From an uncultured virus (IMG/VR IMGVR_UViG_3300010938_000027) (Duplodnaviria > Heunggongvirae > Uroviricota > Caudoviricetes): a DNA stretch of 64,000 bases. The stretch lies in the IMG/VR virus record IMGVR_UViG_3300010938_000027. One strand, written 5' to 3'. Under the pieces are notes generated by a model. That model had not been told where the DNA came from and searched no databases. It worked only from the letters and a program-made list of their open reading frames with translations. Shown piece after piece: positions 1 to 9,952 of the stretch. Both the position numbers and the translations under genes were made by a program. Within the stretch, counting starts at the first letter, position 1. Every line of letters starts with the position of its first letter.

Positions 1-1493
1 AAATCACCCTCTGCGGTAAATAAATCTATACCCAGAATGAGGTCTGCCTCTGCAATTGTCCTGTAAATCCCTGTTTTAGGTGTTGCAGGTAGAACACTTG
101 CTCCGAATTGTGGAACATATATGGTATCACCAGGTATTGCCACACCAGGTAGTTTCCTATACCACACATAGGGATATTTCAACCTGTTTATATTCGCAAT
201 TACTTTCCAGTATCGCCAATCGCCGAGTTCACGCTGTGCAATTGTGTAAATACTATCACCACCCCTGACTTTTACTGCCCTGACGGCAGAAGTTGGTGGT
301 GGATTACCGAATGCAGTTGCATAGGTTGTGGATGAAGTAGATGTCAACTGCCCCACAAGGCTGGTTTCTTCACTGAAATCATAAGTATTCATTTCAGTAT
401 CACCCAATACCCCGCTCTCATCAAGTTCAATCAGTTGTGTATAAGAGGCAGTAAGTAATTGTAATAATCCGCCATACTTCAATACTTCTTCTGATGAGGT
501 CATCATTGATTTCAAAGTTTTAATACCTTCATTGAAAGTTCCTGCAATATCCCTCAATGATGTGGTTGGAAACAATGCTTTATTACTGGTATCAGTAGTA
601 GGTAAATTATTCTTTGATAACAATTCCTTCTTCTTGTCCTCACCCAAACTTTTCCATGCCTCTACAAGGTTTCTACCTGCGGACTCATATCTCGCACCAA
701 TCAGTGGGAATAAATCAGTCCATAGTCCTGTGAAACTCTTAATTGTGGTTGCCAGTCCAATAAGTGTATTGAATATTCGTAATGGTGCGAGTGCAAGTTC
801 CTGTATCACACCAATCACTTCAGTCATCAATGCATTCAACTGGTTCACTGAATTCATAACTGCCTTTATACCCTTATAGGCTTTCAACCACCAACTCTCT
901 GGTTTCATTACTTTACGGGTAGATGGTTTAGTTGCCCGCATAATCAAGGTATAAGTATACAGGGTGCGTGCCCTCACATTCCGTTCTACCCTGAATGAAA
1001 GCGGTTCTACTTCATATACCTCATTGTCCTTAACATTCGTGAAGTATAGTTTCACATCCGACGGGTCAATACCTTCATTCAGTTTCTCACCTGCTTTGAG
1101 GCTTGCATACTTCCTCAATAAAGTCCTTAACTCGTGTATCTTCGCAAACCCTGTGCCCTTTGAAATCTTGTCTACTGCACTTTTCCACAAACCGACCCCT
1201 GCAATTGGTGAAATCATTGTCATACCCATCCTTGATTCCCAGGATGTGTAAATACCGAATGTGCCTGTGATGGTAATCATATACTGCAGTATGCCCTGAT
1301 GTTCCACATACATAAGGTCCTGTGTAGGTATAATTTGTAATGTGAATGTGTCCTCTGCAGTATAGGTCTGTGGTGGTAATGGGAATTCAAAATACTGGTC
1401 ATACTCAAGTTTTGGTGTTTCCAGTTCAAGTATGCACTTCGTTTCGTCAAGCCAGTTTGATGGTTGTGGTGGTTGTAATGATACACTTATCAT
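1..1493 (-). CDS. Baseplate protein with LysM domain (tube initiator/wedge), runs off left edge
   Basis: Not in the ORF track; translated by hand. ATG at 1493 directly after the spike-gene stop, frame open to the window edge. Contains LysM-like VKVRGGDSIYTIAQRELGDWRYWKVIANINRLKYP. Confidence 0.75.
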   Translation of the reverse strand, partial: MISVSLQPPQPSNWLDETKCILELETPKLEYDQYFEFPLPPQTYTAEDTFTLQIIPTQDLMYVEHQGILQYMITITGTFGIYTSWESRMGMTMISPIAGVGLWKSAVDKISKGTGFAKIHELRTLLRKYASLKAGEKLNEGIDPSDVKLYFTNVKDNEVYEVEPLSFRVERNVRARTLYTYTLIMRATKPSTRKVMKPESWWLKAYKGIKAVMNSVNQLNALMTEVIGVIQELALAPLRIFNTLIGLATTIKSFTGLWTDLFPLIGARYESAGRNLVEAWKSLGEDKKKELLSKNNLPTTDTSNKALFPTTSLRDIAGTFNEGIKTLKSMMTSSEEVLKYGGLLQLLTASYTQLIELDESGVLGDTEMNTYDFSEETSLVGQLTSTSSTTYATAFGNPPPTSAVRAVKVRGGDSIYTIAQRELGDWRYWKVIANINRLKYPYVWYRKLPGVAIPGDTIYVPQFGASVLPATPKTGIYRTIAEADLILGIDLFTAEGD

Positions 1494-1494
1494 C

Positions 1495-2244
1495 TCACTT
1501 ACCCTTTATCTTGTCTGATAGTATGCTCGGAATAGATGGTGAAGGGTTTGTTGTTCCTGTTATACCTGTATCAGGCGGTCCTGATGTTCCTACTCCTGGA
1601 TACACACCTTTATGAGTATGCTGGTCAAGCCAGTTTTTCAAATCATCCAGATAACTCTTCAAATCCTCACCCCGCACATAGGACTTATCCGCATCATCTG
1701 ACACAAGGTATATTTTAGCACCTTCACCTATTTTAACATAGACATTGCCATTTTTGAAGGATATCTCACAATTATCATACACAATCTTGAAGGTCTCACC
1801 AGCAGTCAACTTACCTGCCTCTGTTATACTTTTACCACTGCTTCGGCGTAGTTTCGGTATTTCCCTGTCAATGAACCATACACCTTCAACCATATCCATT
1901 ATGACCCAACTGCCATCAAGGTCATAAGGATTGACCAACACCTTACCACCCTTGTATGCCCTGCGGTCTCCACTCACGGATACACCTGAACTCTCTTTCG
2001 GCAACCATTCCATCCTGCCTCTGCCGTGAACGAACATAGTTGGTGCGAATGCCCTTACTACTACCCCAGTCCTGACAATGAATACATCACATTCAGTCAT
2101 AACTTTTGACTTATTATTTGAATGGTCTGGTGGGTAAACCTTCAATATTACACCTATACGTTTGCGTGGTTCCGCATCAACCCATTCCTCATCGGGCATC
2201 CCGAATTGTAGCGGTAATCCGTCTGGTGTGTATTTACCCATCAC
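1495..2244 (-). CDS. Baseplate central spike (gpV/gp5-like)
   Basis: N-terminal OB-like region, C-terminal HTH (His-Thr-His) metal-binding tip WLDQHTHKGV, position after hub. Confidence 0.75.
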   Translation of the reverse strand: MMGKYTPDGLPLQFGMPDEEWVDAEPRKRIGVILKVYPPDHSNNKSKVMTECDVFIVRTGVVVRAFAPTMFVHGRGRMEWLPKESSGVSVSGDRRAYKGGKVLVNPYDLDGSWVIMDMVEGVWFIDREIPKLRRSSGKSITEAGKLTAGETFKIVYDNCEISFKNGNVYVKIGEGAKIYLVSDDADKSYVRGEDLKSYLDDLKNWLDQHTHKGVYPGVGTSGPPDTGITGTTNPSPSIPSILSDKIKGK

Positions 2245-2251
2245 TTATCTC

Positions 2252-3781
2252 CTATCCAGTATCCAGATAGATACCCCTTGTCAGGTCAAGGTTCATAGTC
2301 GGGTATGTGCCAAACCGCCAGTTCACTGTCAGCCTTTCTATATTATATACCTCATCGCATCTCTTTTTCCAGTGTTTGGTATGTGTCCGCACAACCTGTA
2401 GAATATCACCAGCCCTTACCCCTTCTATGAATGGTATTGTCATTGTCCCTGTCAACCAAATCTGACCGTATTGTTTCTTCAAGCGTTCAAACATCTCCTT
2501 CATTCCATCAGTTATTGACCCTTCCTGCAAGTATGTGGATATCTTACCAATTTCAGTTTCTGGGTCGTCAATCTTATCTTTACCGAGTGCCTTACTTACT
2601 AAATCATTCGGCCATAGAAAACTTGAATACTGGTTGAACCTTAACCCGTGTTGACGGATTGACATCGAGTCAACTACCTGTTCAATACCCATTTCTTCTT
2701 CTGCAACTGCCCTCGCAGTTAAGAATGGTGGTGTATCACCAGGACTCAATAATCCCGTGAATTGTAAGTCAAATACATTCGTTAATTCTGTGTCAGTTAG
2801 AGTAATTGACTCATTCAATACACTCTCCTCATCAATCTGGAACACCTTGCCCTCCTGCATCTCCTCCCACCCAACAGGTCTTCTTCGGACAAAAATAACT
2901 GGGAGCACAACATCGGGTGTAACACTTCCCATACTAACCACATCATAGATGATGTCATTCCATAACCCTCCACCAACCAGTTGTGTCAACACTTGTATGA
3001 CACTTGCATTCTCATTCAGGACACTCGTTATGGTTGACCCCAAATACCCATACCCGATTGGCTCCATACCTTCTACAATGATTACCTGAGGCTTGGGAAT
3101 CTTCATTGTCCACTCACCAGTTTGTTTTGATTTCATACTGAATGGTATAACCTTCACTGGTGTTTGTGTAGGTAGTGCAAACCCAAACTTCAACATACCG
3201 CCATACAGATACCTGATTAAGTCGTCTGCGGATATCCGTTCAAGTTCGGTTAACTGCATAACTGCCTTATTATAGAAGTAATCAATCAACTTCTCTGCCA
3301 TCTCATCAGGTGTCCCCTGTATTGGTGCAGTCTGTAATACCGAGAATATGGTCTCATCAGGGTCTCCGAGTAGTCCCGCGAGTGTCTGCGGTATGAAGAA
3401 ACTATACCTGAATACATTCTCCCAGCCCACTCCTGTGATTGTGTATGACCACTGCTTCGGTGATAATGTTTTGGTGCGGGTAATCTGTGATACAAACCCC
3501 AGAAACACTGCCTCGTAGATTTCCTTTGCACCACTTTTCCTGACAGCAATACATATTACATCATTCGGAATGAGGAATTCCGTCAACTTATACTTCTTCT
3601 CCTTGCTTTCACCAATTGCATACAGGGTTGGTCTGTAAGTGAGTGTAAATGAGTTCACTTCACCAATACCCTTCGTGTATGATACACTTTCCAGTCCTTC
3701 ACTCAAATCAACAATATCACCACTACTTATGAGTGCATACGCACTGAACCTGGTGGCTCGGCTCTGGTCAGGTTTAGGCAT
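2252..3781 (-). CDS. Baseplate hub protein (gp27/gpD-like)
   Basis: Follows the tape measure gene; C-terminal GTMTIPFIEGVRAGDIL...YNIERLTVNW...MNLDLTRG pattern typical of hubs. Confidence 0.7.
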   Translation of the reverse strand: MPKPDQSRATRFSAYALISSGDIVDLSEGLESVSYTKGIGEVNSFTLTYRPTLYAIGESKEKKYKLTEFLIPNDVICIAVRKSGAKEIYEAVFLGFVSQITRTKTLSPKQWSYTITGVGWENVFRYSFFIPQTLAGLLGDPDETIFSVLQTAPIQGTPDEMAEKLIDYFYNKAVMQLTELERISADDLIRYLYGGMLKFGFALPTQTPVKVIPFSMKSKQTGEWTMKIPKPQVIIVEGMEPIGYGYLGSTITSVLNENASVIQVLTQLVGGGLWNDIIYDVVSMGSVTPDVVLPVIFVRRRPVGWEEMQEGKVFQIDEESVLNESITLTDTELTNVFDLQFTGLLSPGDTPPFLTARAVAEEEMGIEQVVDSMSIRQHGLRFNQYSSFLWPNDLVSKALGKDKIDDPETEIGKISTYLQEGSITDGMKEMFERLKKQYGQIWLTGTMTIPFIEGVRAGDILQVVRTHTKHWKKRCDEVYNIERLTVNWRFGTYPTMNLDLTRGIYLDTG

Positions 3782-3783
3782 GG

Positions 3784-5865
3784 TTATCTCTTACCTTTCT
3801 GTGGTGGCTTCGGGTATGCCAGTCTTGCCACAGGTTTACCCCTGTATCCTATTATTATTGTCATCCTGTCCTCCTCAATCGGTCCGTATTCAAAATACCA
3901 GCCAGTCTTTTTGTATTCCTTATACCCTGTATATGGAGTATATGTGCCAAATCCATACTGCCATTGAGCATACGGTATCTCCTTTTGTTCAAGCCACCAC
4001 TCAAACCCTTTAGGCAATGCAGTCCCTGGTGGTAATAATCTTGTCAATGTTTCAATTGTTGCCTCTATGGAGGGAACTGGAACTGCCGCAGGTAGTGGTT
4101 GCTTCCTTGCGAGTATCCGCCTCATCTCCTCTGGGAATAATCGCATACCGAGTGCTTCAAGTTCTGGTGTGCCTATCCATTCCCGCAACATCACTTCCTT
4201 TGCCTCGGCGGTCATAAATGTTCCAACGAATTTCAGTAATGCACCAACCATTTGAGGCATAAGTGTTTTAAGTAAAGTAACCAGCGGTAGCAATGCATGT
4301 CCAACGGTTGCCATTGTGTTCAACGCCTCTGCCATTGCAGGCAGGTATCTACCTGTTATCTTCTGTATCTCCTCTGCGGTAACCTCCTCTGGTGTCTTTG
4401 CGGGTTTGTGTCGTCGCATTGCATCCATAATCAACCTGCCGATATCTTCTGGTCTTGTTACCCCTTTGCGGACAATCTCGGTTAACATAACAGAGGCGGC
4501 GTATGGGTCTATACCAGGGAGCATCTGGGCGAGCATATACCCTGCCATAGGTAGTTGACCTGCTTGTGCCATCCTGACAAATGGTGCAAACACACTACCA
4601 ACCACACCCAGCATTTCTCGTGGTATAACCCTTTGACCCAGTAATCCAGGTATCATAGTTCGGACTAACTCAACTTCAAAGAATGTGCCCCGTCCAGTCC
4701 ATCCAGGTAAAGGTCGCCCACCAACCATTGGTCTTATACCGCCTGTTCTGATTGCTTCACTTATTGCCCTGTAAGTCAGTGCTTCCATAAATGGTGATGT
4801 AGGGTGCACCAATACCTGCTGCAGAGTGCCTGCAACCCGTGCCACCTGTTCAGGTGAGTATCCTGGTAATAGGTGTGCCAACCCACTGACCATCCTTAAC
4901 ATACCAATAACTGCCCCGTGAACCTCATTCTCTCTCGCAAGGAACATTGATAATGGTTTTGATACTGCACCTTCAATCGCCTGCATAAACATTGGTAATC
5001 GTCTATCTGCTTTCAAGAAGAATGCAGTAGAGAATACCTCACCAATCAGTTCTGCCCTGCGTTTATCACCTGCCTCACCAGCCAGTGCCGCACCACCCAT
5101 TCCTATCAATCTTTGGAAGAACCCGCCCCATACTTCTGGTGCAACACCCCTGACACCATATATCATCAACATACGACGCCAGGTTTCTGCACCGACCGCA
5201 CCACCCAGCATAGGTGCCAACCCTGCCATCATCTGGTATGCTTCTGGTCGGGCAATACCTAATGCCTCTGCGTATCGTTCCCAGCCGAGTGGTGATGGTA
5301 TTGCACGCATACCGCCCCATCTACGCAGTGTCGCAAGTGCAGTTTCCTGTCTGATTGCCGCACTGATACCTTCCGCAATGGCACTAAATAATGCACCGAC
5401 GCCGACTGCACCTGCAACTACACCAACCACCCTGCCTGGTATTCCAGTTATACCCAGAACACCCATCACATTCCGCATAGTTGATTGCGTGGTTCTACCA
5501 GTCTGCCCAACTGCGGTTTCAACCTGTCGCATAGTTTCAGTCGTTCGGGTCAGTGATTCTTTGAGTTTGTCAACCGTCTCTTTTACCTCGCCAATACTCT
5601 TTTTCCCCTCCTTACCCAGTTTCTCATATTCCATTATCTGACGGTTTAAAGTCCCACTAATATCTTTCAGTGTTAGATACTTGTTTTTGAGTTCCTTGAT
5701 TAGACCGCGTGCAGTTTCCTGATACTCAATACCGCCTTCCCTTGACACCCTGTTTAATTCTTCAAGTAGTTTAGTAGTGTCACTTATTTCACGCTGTGCT
5801 TCCTCCTGGGCTCGTCTAAAGTCCGCTGTATCAACTGTGACTTTTATTTTGGTTTCTTCAGCCAA
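3784..5865 (-). CDS. Tape measure protein
   Basis: 693 aa, N-terminal coiled coil, Ala/Gly-rich hydrophobic segments, directly downstream of tail chaperone pair. Confidence 0.8.
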   Translation of the reverse strand: MAEETKIKVTVDTADFRRAQEEAQREISDTTKLLEELNRVSREGGIEYQETARGLIKELKNKYLTLKDISGTLNRQIMEYEKLGKEGKKSIGEVKETVDKLKESLTRTTETMRQVETAVGQTGRTTQSTMRNVMGVLGITGIPGRVVGVVAGAVGVGALFSAIAEGISAAIRQETALATLRRWGGMRAIPSPLGWERYAEALGIARPEAYQMMAGLAPMLGGAVGAETWRRMLMIYGVRGVAPEVWGGFFQRLIGMGGAALAGEAGDKRRAELIGEVFSTAFFLKADRRLPMFMQAIEGAVSKPLSMFLARENEVHGAVIGMLRMVSGLAHLLPGYSPEQVARVAGTLQQVLVHPTSPFMEALTYRAISEAIRTGGIRPMVGGRPLPGWTGRGTFFEVELVRTMIPGLLGQRVIPREMLGVVGSVFAPFVRMAQAGQLPMAGYMLAQMLPGIDPYAASVMLTEIVRKGVTRPEDIGRLIMDAMRRHKPAKTPEEVTAEEIQKITGRYLPAMAEALNTMATVGHALLPLVTLLKTLMPQMVGALLKFVGTFMTAEAKEVMLREWIGTPELEALGMRLFPEEMRRILARKQPLPAAVPVPSIEATIETLTRLLPPGTALPKGFEWWLEQKEIPYAQWQYGFGTYTPYTGYKEYKKTGWYFEYGPIEEDRMTIIIGYRGKPVARLAYPKPPQKGKR

Positions 5866-5871
5866 AGGTTT

Positions 5872-6198
5872 CTACTCTACATCTTCGTCCTTCCTGCTTG
5901 TATTATACACATCCTCAAACTTTTCTTCAAGTTCAAATTGCTCTTCAAGTGCTTTCAACACTGGGTCAGAGACAATTCGTCCTTTCTCGTCAATCTCTGG
6001 ACTTATTCTACCATCCTCAATTGCATCTTCAAGGTATTCAAGTATGAGTTCCTCAATGGTATATGCCTGATACCGCGGGTCAGTTGGTGGTGCATTATAC
6101 TTCTTACACCACCATCTCCGTAGAACCTCCGTCTGTAGGCGTCTTTGTGCCTCCTGTATCAGGAATTGCAGTAGTTGTTCCTTTTTCAGGCCGAAAAA
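5872..6198 (-). CDS. Tail assembly chaperone, second (frameshifted, gpT-like) segment
   Basis: +1 frame relative to upstream chaperone; RRWWCKKYNAPPTDPRYQAYT motif; no convincing independent RBS/start. Confidence 0.65.
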   Translation of the reverse strand, partial: FFGLKKEQLLQFLIQEAQRRLQTEVLRRWWCKKYNAPPTDPRYQAYTIEELILEYLEDAIEDGRISPEIDEKGRIVSDPVLKALEEQFELEEKFEDVYNTSRKDEDVE

Positions 6199-6523
6199 AG
6201 GCTTCCCACTTCTTATACTCCACGAACACATGGAATATGACATCGTCGTCATAGAGTTGGTCGTAGTTGAACCACTCGGGTTTGCGTATGCATACCACAT
6301 CAAGCGTAGCCATTGCGGTATGCAGTAAATTGGTGTATTCATCAATGTTAGTTAACCCCTGTCCGTATTGTGCTTTGAGTATCCCTATTCTGCTTCGTTC
6401 CGCAATAGTTGGTCGTTTGAACTCAAATACACCTGAATAGTGCCTGCCAGATACCGATGTGAAGTCAAGCACATAGGTTTTGGTCAACTCAAACTTTGGT
6501 TTATCAGTGTTTTGGTTCTGCAT
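6104..6523 (-). CDS. Tail assembly chaperone (gpG-like)
   Basis: GGAGGTGAG RBS before ATG 6523; between tube and tape measure; ends WEAFFR slippery region. Confidence 0.75.
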   Translation of the reverse strand: MQNQNTDKPKFELTKTYVLDFTSVSGRHYSGVFEFKRPTIAERSRIGILKAQYGQGLTNIDEYTNLLHTAMATLDVVCIRKPEWFNYDQLYDDDVIFHVFVEYKKWEAFFRPEKGTTTAIPDTGGTKTPTDGGSTEMVV

Positions 6524-6613
6524 TCTACTCACCTCCATACATAGTTTATTTTTACTGATTTTATTGTAATAAAAAAGTTAAGTCAACCCTTGCCTGTCTG
6601 ATTTATTTAATTT

Positions 6614-6682
6614 ACTGGAGGCAAGGTTAGTGAAGGGAAAAACTAAAGGAGGAAACAAAAACCTTCACCCCTCGCCCCCAGT
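6614..6682 (-). other. Long RNA hairpin with anti-SD loop in intergenic region
   Basis: About 21 bp stem ACTGGGGGCGAGGGGTGAAGG / CCTTCACTAACCTTGCCTCCAGT that pairs fully only on the minus strand via G-U pairs; loop contains CCTCCTTT. Confidence 0.6.
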
Positions 6683-6758
6683 TTTAAAGGAGGTAGTAAA
6701 ATGGTAGGAGGAGGGGAGGAGGTGAGTATGAAGGTAATAGTGGTCAATGTTCAATTCA

Positions 6759-7136
6759 TTACGGCACACACCTGAACCCATAAACAACACAATTACCGCT
6801 TGCTGACAGGGAAACCCTTATGGTTATACCTGGTTCAGTCCTGTATGTTATTGGTATTGGCAGAACGAATGGTTTACCATCAGTCCCAGATTGCTGGACA
6901 CCTAACACAATCTCCTCAACCACATCGGTGCCATCAAATGCCTGAATGCTTATTGTAATTGACCCTGTTGTAGGTGGACTAACCTGCACACCGATTACTG
7001 CATGTGTGCCATCAGGAAGATTGAGCGTCGTCCCGTTGGTAAGTTTTTTAACCCAACTACGAGTGTATTTCGCACCTACCTCCTCATTGAGGGATATACC
7101 AGTTGGTATCATAAAATACTTGAAACCCTGTGCCAT
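6759..7136 (-). CDS. Hypothetical virion protein (beta-rich)
   Basis: GAGG RBS, in tail operon after tube gene. Confidence 0.6.
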   Translation of the reverse strand: MAQGFKYFMIPTGISLNEEVGAKYTRSWVKKLTNGTTLNLPDGTHAVIGVQVSPPTTGSITISIQAFDGTDVVEEIVLGVQQSGTDGKPFVLPIPITYRTEPGITIRVSLSASGNCVVYGFRCVP

Positions 7137-7155
7137 ATCTTATTACCTCACCTTA

Positions 7156-7605
7156 TCACGCTTCTGGATACTCATCCATATAGATAGCAGTGAAGGTGAC
7201 ATTATACGCAACAATACCCCTTGCCGCAATAGCGAAGTTCCTCGCCTGCGGTTTCACCCGTTTGAATTCTGCAATTGTCTTACCAGTTATGGGGTCTTCA
7301 ATGAGTGCAGTCATCTCTGGAAATGTGAGTATGTTCTGACGGAGTGTATCAGAATCAGTGCCCCTGTTAGGCCATAACCCGAGTGCCCTCAAACTCTCTG
7401 GTGGAACACGGAACACCCTCGCAGTGAGTGTCACCCTATATGCAACTGGGGCATACTCAGCGGGTTCAAGACGGTCAAGCACTTCAACAGGTTCCTGAGT
7501 GATTTCCTCACTACCATCCACACCAGTTGCCCACGCCATAAGTTTACCATTCAGGTAGAAGCGTGCCCTCGCACCAGTGAATACTTTACTTACTGGTTCT
7601 GGCAT
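7156..7605 (-). CDS. Tail tube protein
   Basis: 149 aa directly after sheath; VFTGARARFYLNG...YNVTFTAIYM typical of myophage tubes. Confidence 0.85.
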   Translation of the reverse strand: MPEPVSKVFTGARARFYLNGKLMAWATGVDGSEEITQEPVEVLDRLEPAEYAPVAYRVTLTARVFRVPPESLRALGLWPNRGTDSDTLRQNILTFPEMTALIEDPITGKTIAEFKRVKPQARNFAIAARGIVAYNVTFTAIYMDEYPEA

Positions 7606-7631
7606 ATCTCAAACCTCCTATACATTTCATT

Positions 7632-9341
7632 TTACATCCTTGCCTTCGTTGGTATAACTTCATTCAGGATATAGTTTATACCAGGAACGATGGTCAATTC
7701 AACTTTCACCTGTAATGTATCGCCCGACAATGATACTTCAAGGTTTCTGAATGGTGGTAATATATTACCCTGTGCATCAGTGGTTGACATAAGTATAGCA
7801 TCATACCCAGTTGCGAGCATAGTTAGATATCCCCGCAATACACTCTTTATGGCAGATATTGTTCTGGGTAGTCCCTTCTGTCCAACAAACTTGTTCAAAT
7901 TGTCCCTCAAACCCTTCTTGATATAGGTTATGGCTTCCATTGCGGATACCGAGCATAGTATGTCATTGTCAGTAGAGAGGTATGTGGTGAGGTCTTTGAC
8001 AACCCTGAACCCCTGTCCAGGAACGGATTCTACACAGATTATCCCATTCAATAACAGGTCTTCAATTGTCTGGGTATTATAGGTATCAACGAGGTCAATT
8101 ACGTTCACTTTCTTGAATGTTAATGGTTCACCAACGGGTGTGCCTGCCTTTATACCTGCAACTATACCTGCGAGATACCACACACCCATCTCTGCAACGG
8201 ACATATCTGCCTTCACGCCCTTAACCCGCTGTCCACAGAGTGCGAAGTATGGTGAGTTCAGTTGTATTGCTTGCTGTTTGAGGTTTGATACACTGGTTGC
8301 ATACATACCAATGAACACCTGCCTCTCCGCAGTTGATTTCGTTGCATTACAGGTCTTTATATGGTCAACCAGTGCATTGATGATTGAACTGAATGTCAAT
8401 GACCCAATATCCCTGTCAATTAGTGGCACAATGAAATCAATGTTCAGTCCCTCAAGTGATTTCAATGCATCCTGTATGTTAGTAATTGAAGTAGTTCCGA
8501 CACTACCACCAGTTAGCATAAGCGGTCCTTCATTCTTCGGGATTTTGTATGCAGTTATTGTAGCAGTGCATAATGACGACTTGGTATTGATTGTATCGGC
8601 AACTGCCTTACCCAAACATCTGACAATTGTAGCAGTATTTATGTCATAAGTGGCACGGTCAATCACATTTGAAGGTGTTTCTACACCTGTAAGTAATAAT
8701 ACCGTATAGTTCGTATCTTTCTGTAAGTCCGACACAACTGACTGCACGGTTGGGTATGTGGTAAATGGATATATATGTTCCGCAGTGCCACCACTTGACG
8801 CCGTTATACCAGTGTCATCAACCGTCAATGTTCCACCAGTGCGTTGAACACTGAACAATGCACCTGATATGTTATCAAACACTTCAGTCTTGTCATAAGA
8901 AGCAATTGTCAATTTCTTTGACCCTGTTTCTGTGCCTGCCTCAACCTTGACTGAAATCGTATTACCATAAGTGCCATACCTTCTTGCCTTGACCGTAATG
9001 ATATTATTGCCTGCATCATCGTGTAAGGCAGTAGTTCCAGCAGTGGATTGGTTAGTCTTCACTGCAACTACCCTGAATGGTGTGGATACCGAAGGGTCTG
9101 TTGAGGGGTTAAACAATGCATAGGCGATGTCTGCAAGCGGTCCTGACTTGTAATAGTCAATCATGTCCCTGCCTCTTGAAAAGATTGATACCACATTGGG
9201 TTCACCTTCATCTGCTTCACCAACCACTGCCACGATACCCCTTACACCTGCGAGTATGTTTTCAACCTGTGAATAATCTACCCAGGTATACACACCTGGG
9301 TGAATTATTACATCACCGTGGAATACAAGGTATTTTGCCAT
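7632..9341 (-). CDS. Tail sheath protein
   Basis: 569 aa; HPGVY, GEADEGEPN, GEPLTFKKV, FRVVKDLTTY motifs of SPO1/A511-type sheaths. Confidence 0.92.
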   Translation of the reverse strand: MAKYLVFHGDVIIHPGVYTWVDYSQVENILAGVRGIVAVVGEADEGEPNVVSIFSRGRDMIDYYKSGPLADIAYALFNPSTDPSVSTPFRVVAVKTNQSTAGTTALHDDAGNNIITVKARRYGTYGNTISVKVEAGTETGSKKLTIASYDKTEVFDNISGALFSVQRTGGTLTVDDTGITASSGGTAEHIYPFTTYPTVQSVVSDLQKDTNYTVLLLTGVETPSNVIDRATYDINTATIVRCLGKAVADTINTKSSLCTATITAYKIPKNEGPLMLTGGSVGTTSITNIQDALKSLEGLNIDFIVPLIDRDIGSLTFSSIINALVDHIKTCNATKSTAERQVFIGMYATSVSNLKQQAIQLNSPYFALCGQRVKGVKADMSVAEMGVWYLAGIVAGIKAGTPVGEPLTFKKVNVIDLVDTYNTQTIEDLLLNGIICVESVPGQGFRVVKDLTTYLSTDNDILCSVSAMEAITYIKKGLRDNLNKFVGQKGLPRTISAIKSVLRGYLTMLATGYDAILMSTTDAQGNILPPFRNLEVSLSGDTLQVKVELTIVPGINYILNEVIPTKARM

Positions 9342-9357
9342 AGTTCAAACCTCCAAC

Positions 9358-9951
9358 TTACTTCTCATATTCTACTATAACATTACCCTCACTGTCAAGG
9401 ATTTTGAGGTCATAGGTTGTAGCGGGTTTCAATTCCTCTACATACATGGTTTCATACAATACTGATACGGATATTTCACGCCTGAACCCTATACTCGGTA
9501 ATACTGCTGACCACGCAGATAGGGTTGCCATACTCATTTCAGGTTCAGTAAGTCCATTCTCTATGAGGTAATTTATCTTACCTAACAGGTATTCGTATAA
9601 TGCTTCTGACAACACAATTGTTGTTTCTGGGTTATTGGTTAACACAAATAACCTTATGTCTGACCGTGTTATCACACCATAGACTCGTTTCGTTTCATTT
9701 TCCTCAATCACCCTGCCCAATACCTGTTCAATCGGTGCAGTTGCTTCCGTTATAATTGAAATGAATGGTAATTCAGTATCAGTCATAGGGTATGTGAAGC
9801 CCACTTTTATTGGTGGCATACGAGTAGTTATCTTCGTTATCTCGTCATTACTTATACCTACCCAATCACCCCTTATACCAGACCTGTTCACCTCATCTGC
9901 CCAATCCTTAATAAGGTTGTAGATAATGAATTCTGGTAGTGGTGTGCTCAT
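9358..9951 (-). CDS. Tail terminator / sheath stabiliser
   Basis: Position upstream of sheath; FTYPMTDTELPFISI pattern. Confidence 0.6.
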   Translation of the reverse strand: MSTPLPEFIIYNLIKDWADEVNRSGIRGDWVGISNDEITKITTRMPPIKVGFTYPMTDTELPFISIITEATAPIEQVLGRVIEENETKRVYGVITRSDIRLFVLTNNPETTIVLSEALYEYLLGKINYLIENGLTEPEMSMATLSAWSAVLPSIGFRREISVSVLYETMYVEELKPATTYDLKILDSEGNVIVEYEK

Positions 9952-9952
9952 C

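Noticed and set aside
6199..6345. N-terminal half of ORF 5872-6345 as an independent gene
   Set aside because: Lies within the chaperone gene, reads as non-protein-like and lacks an RBS; better explained by frameshifting
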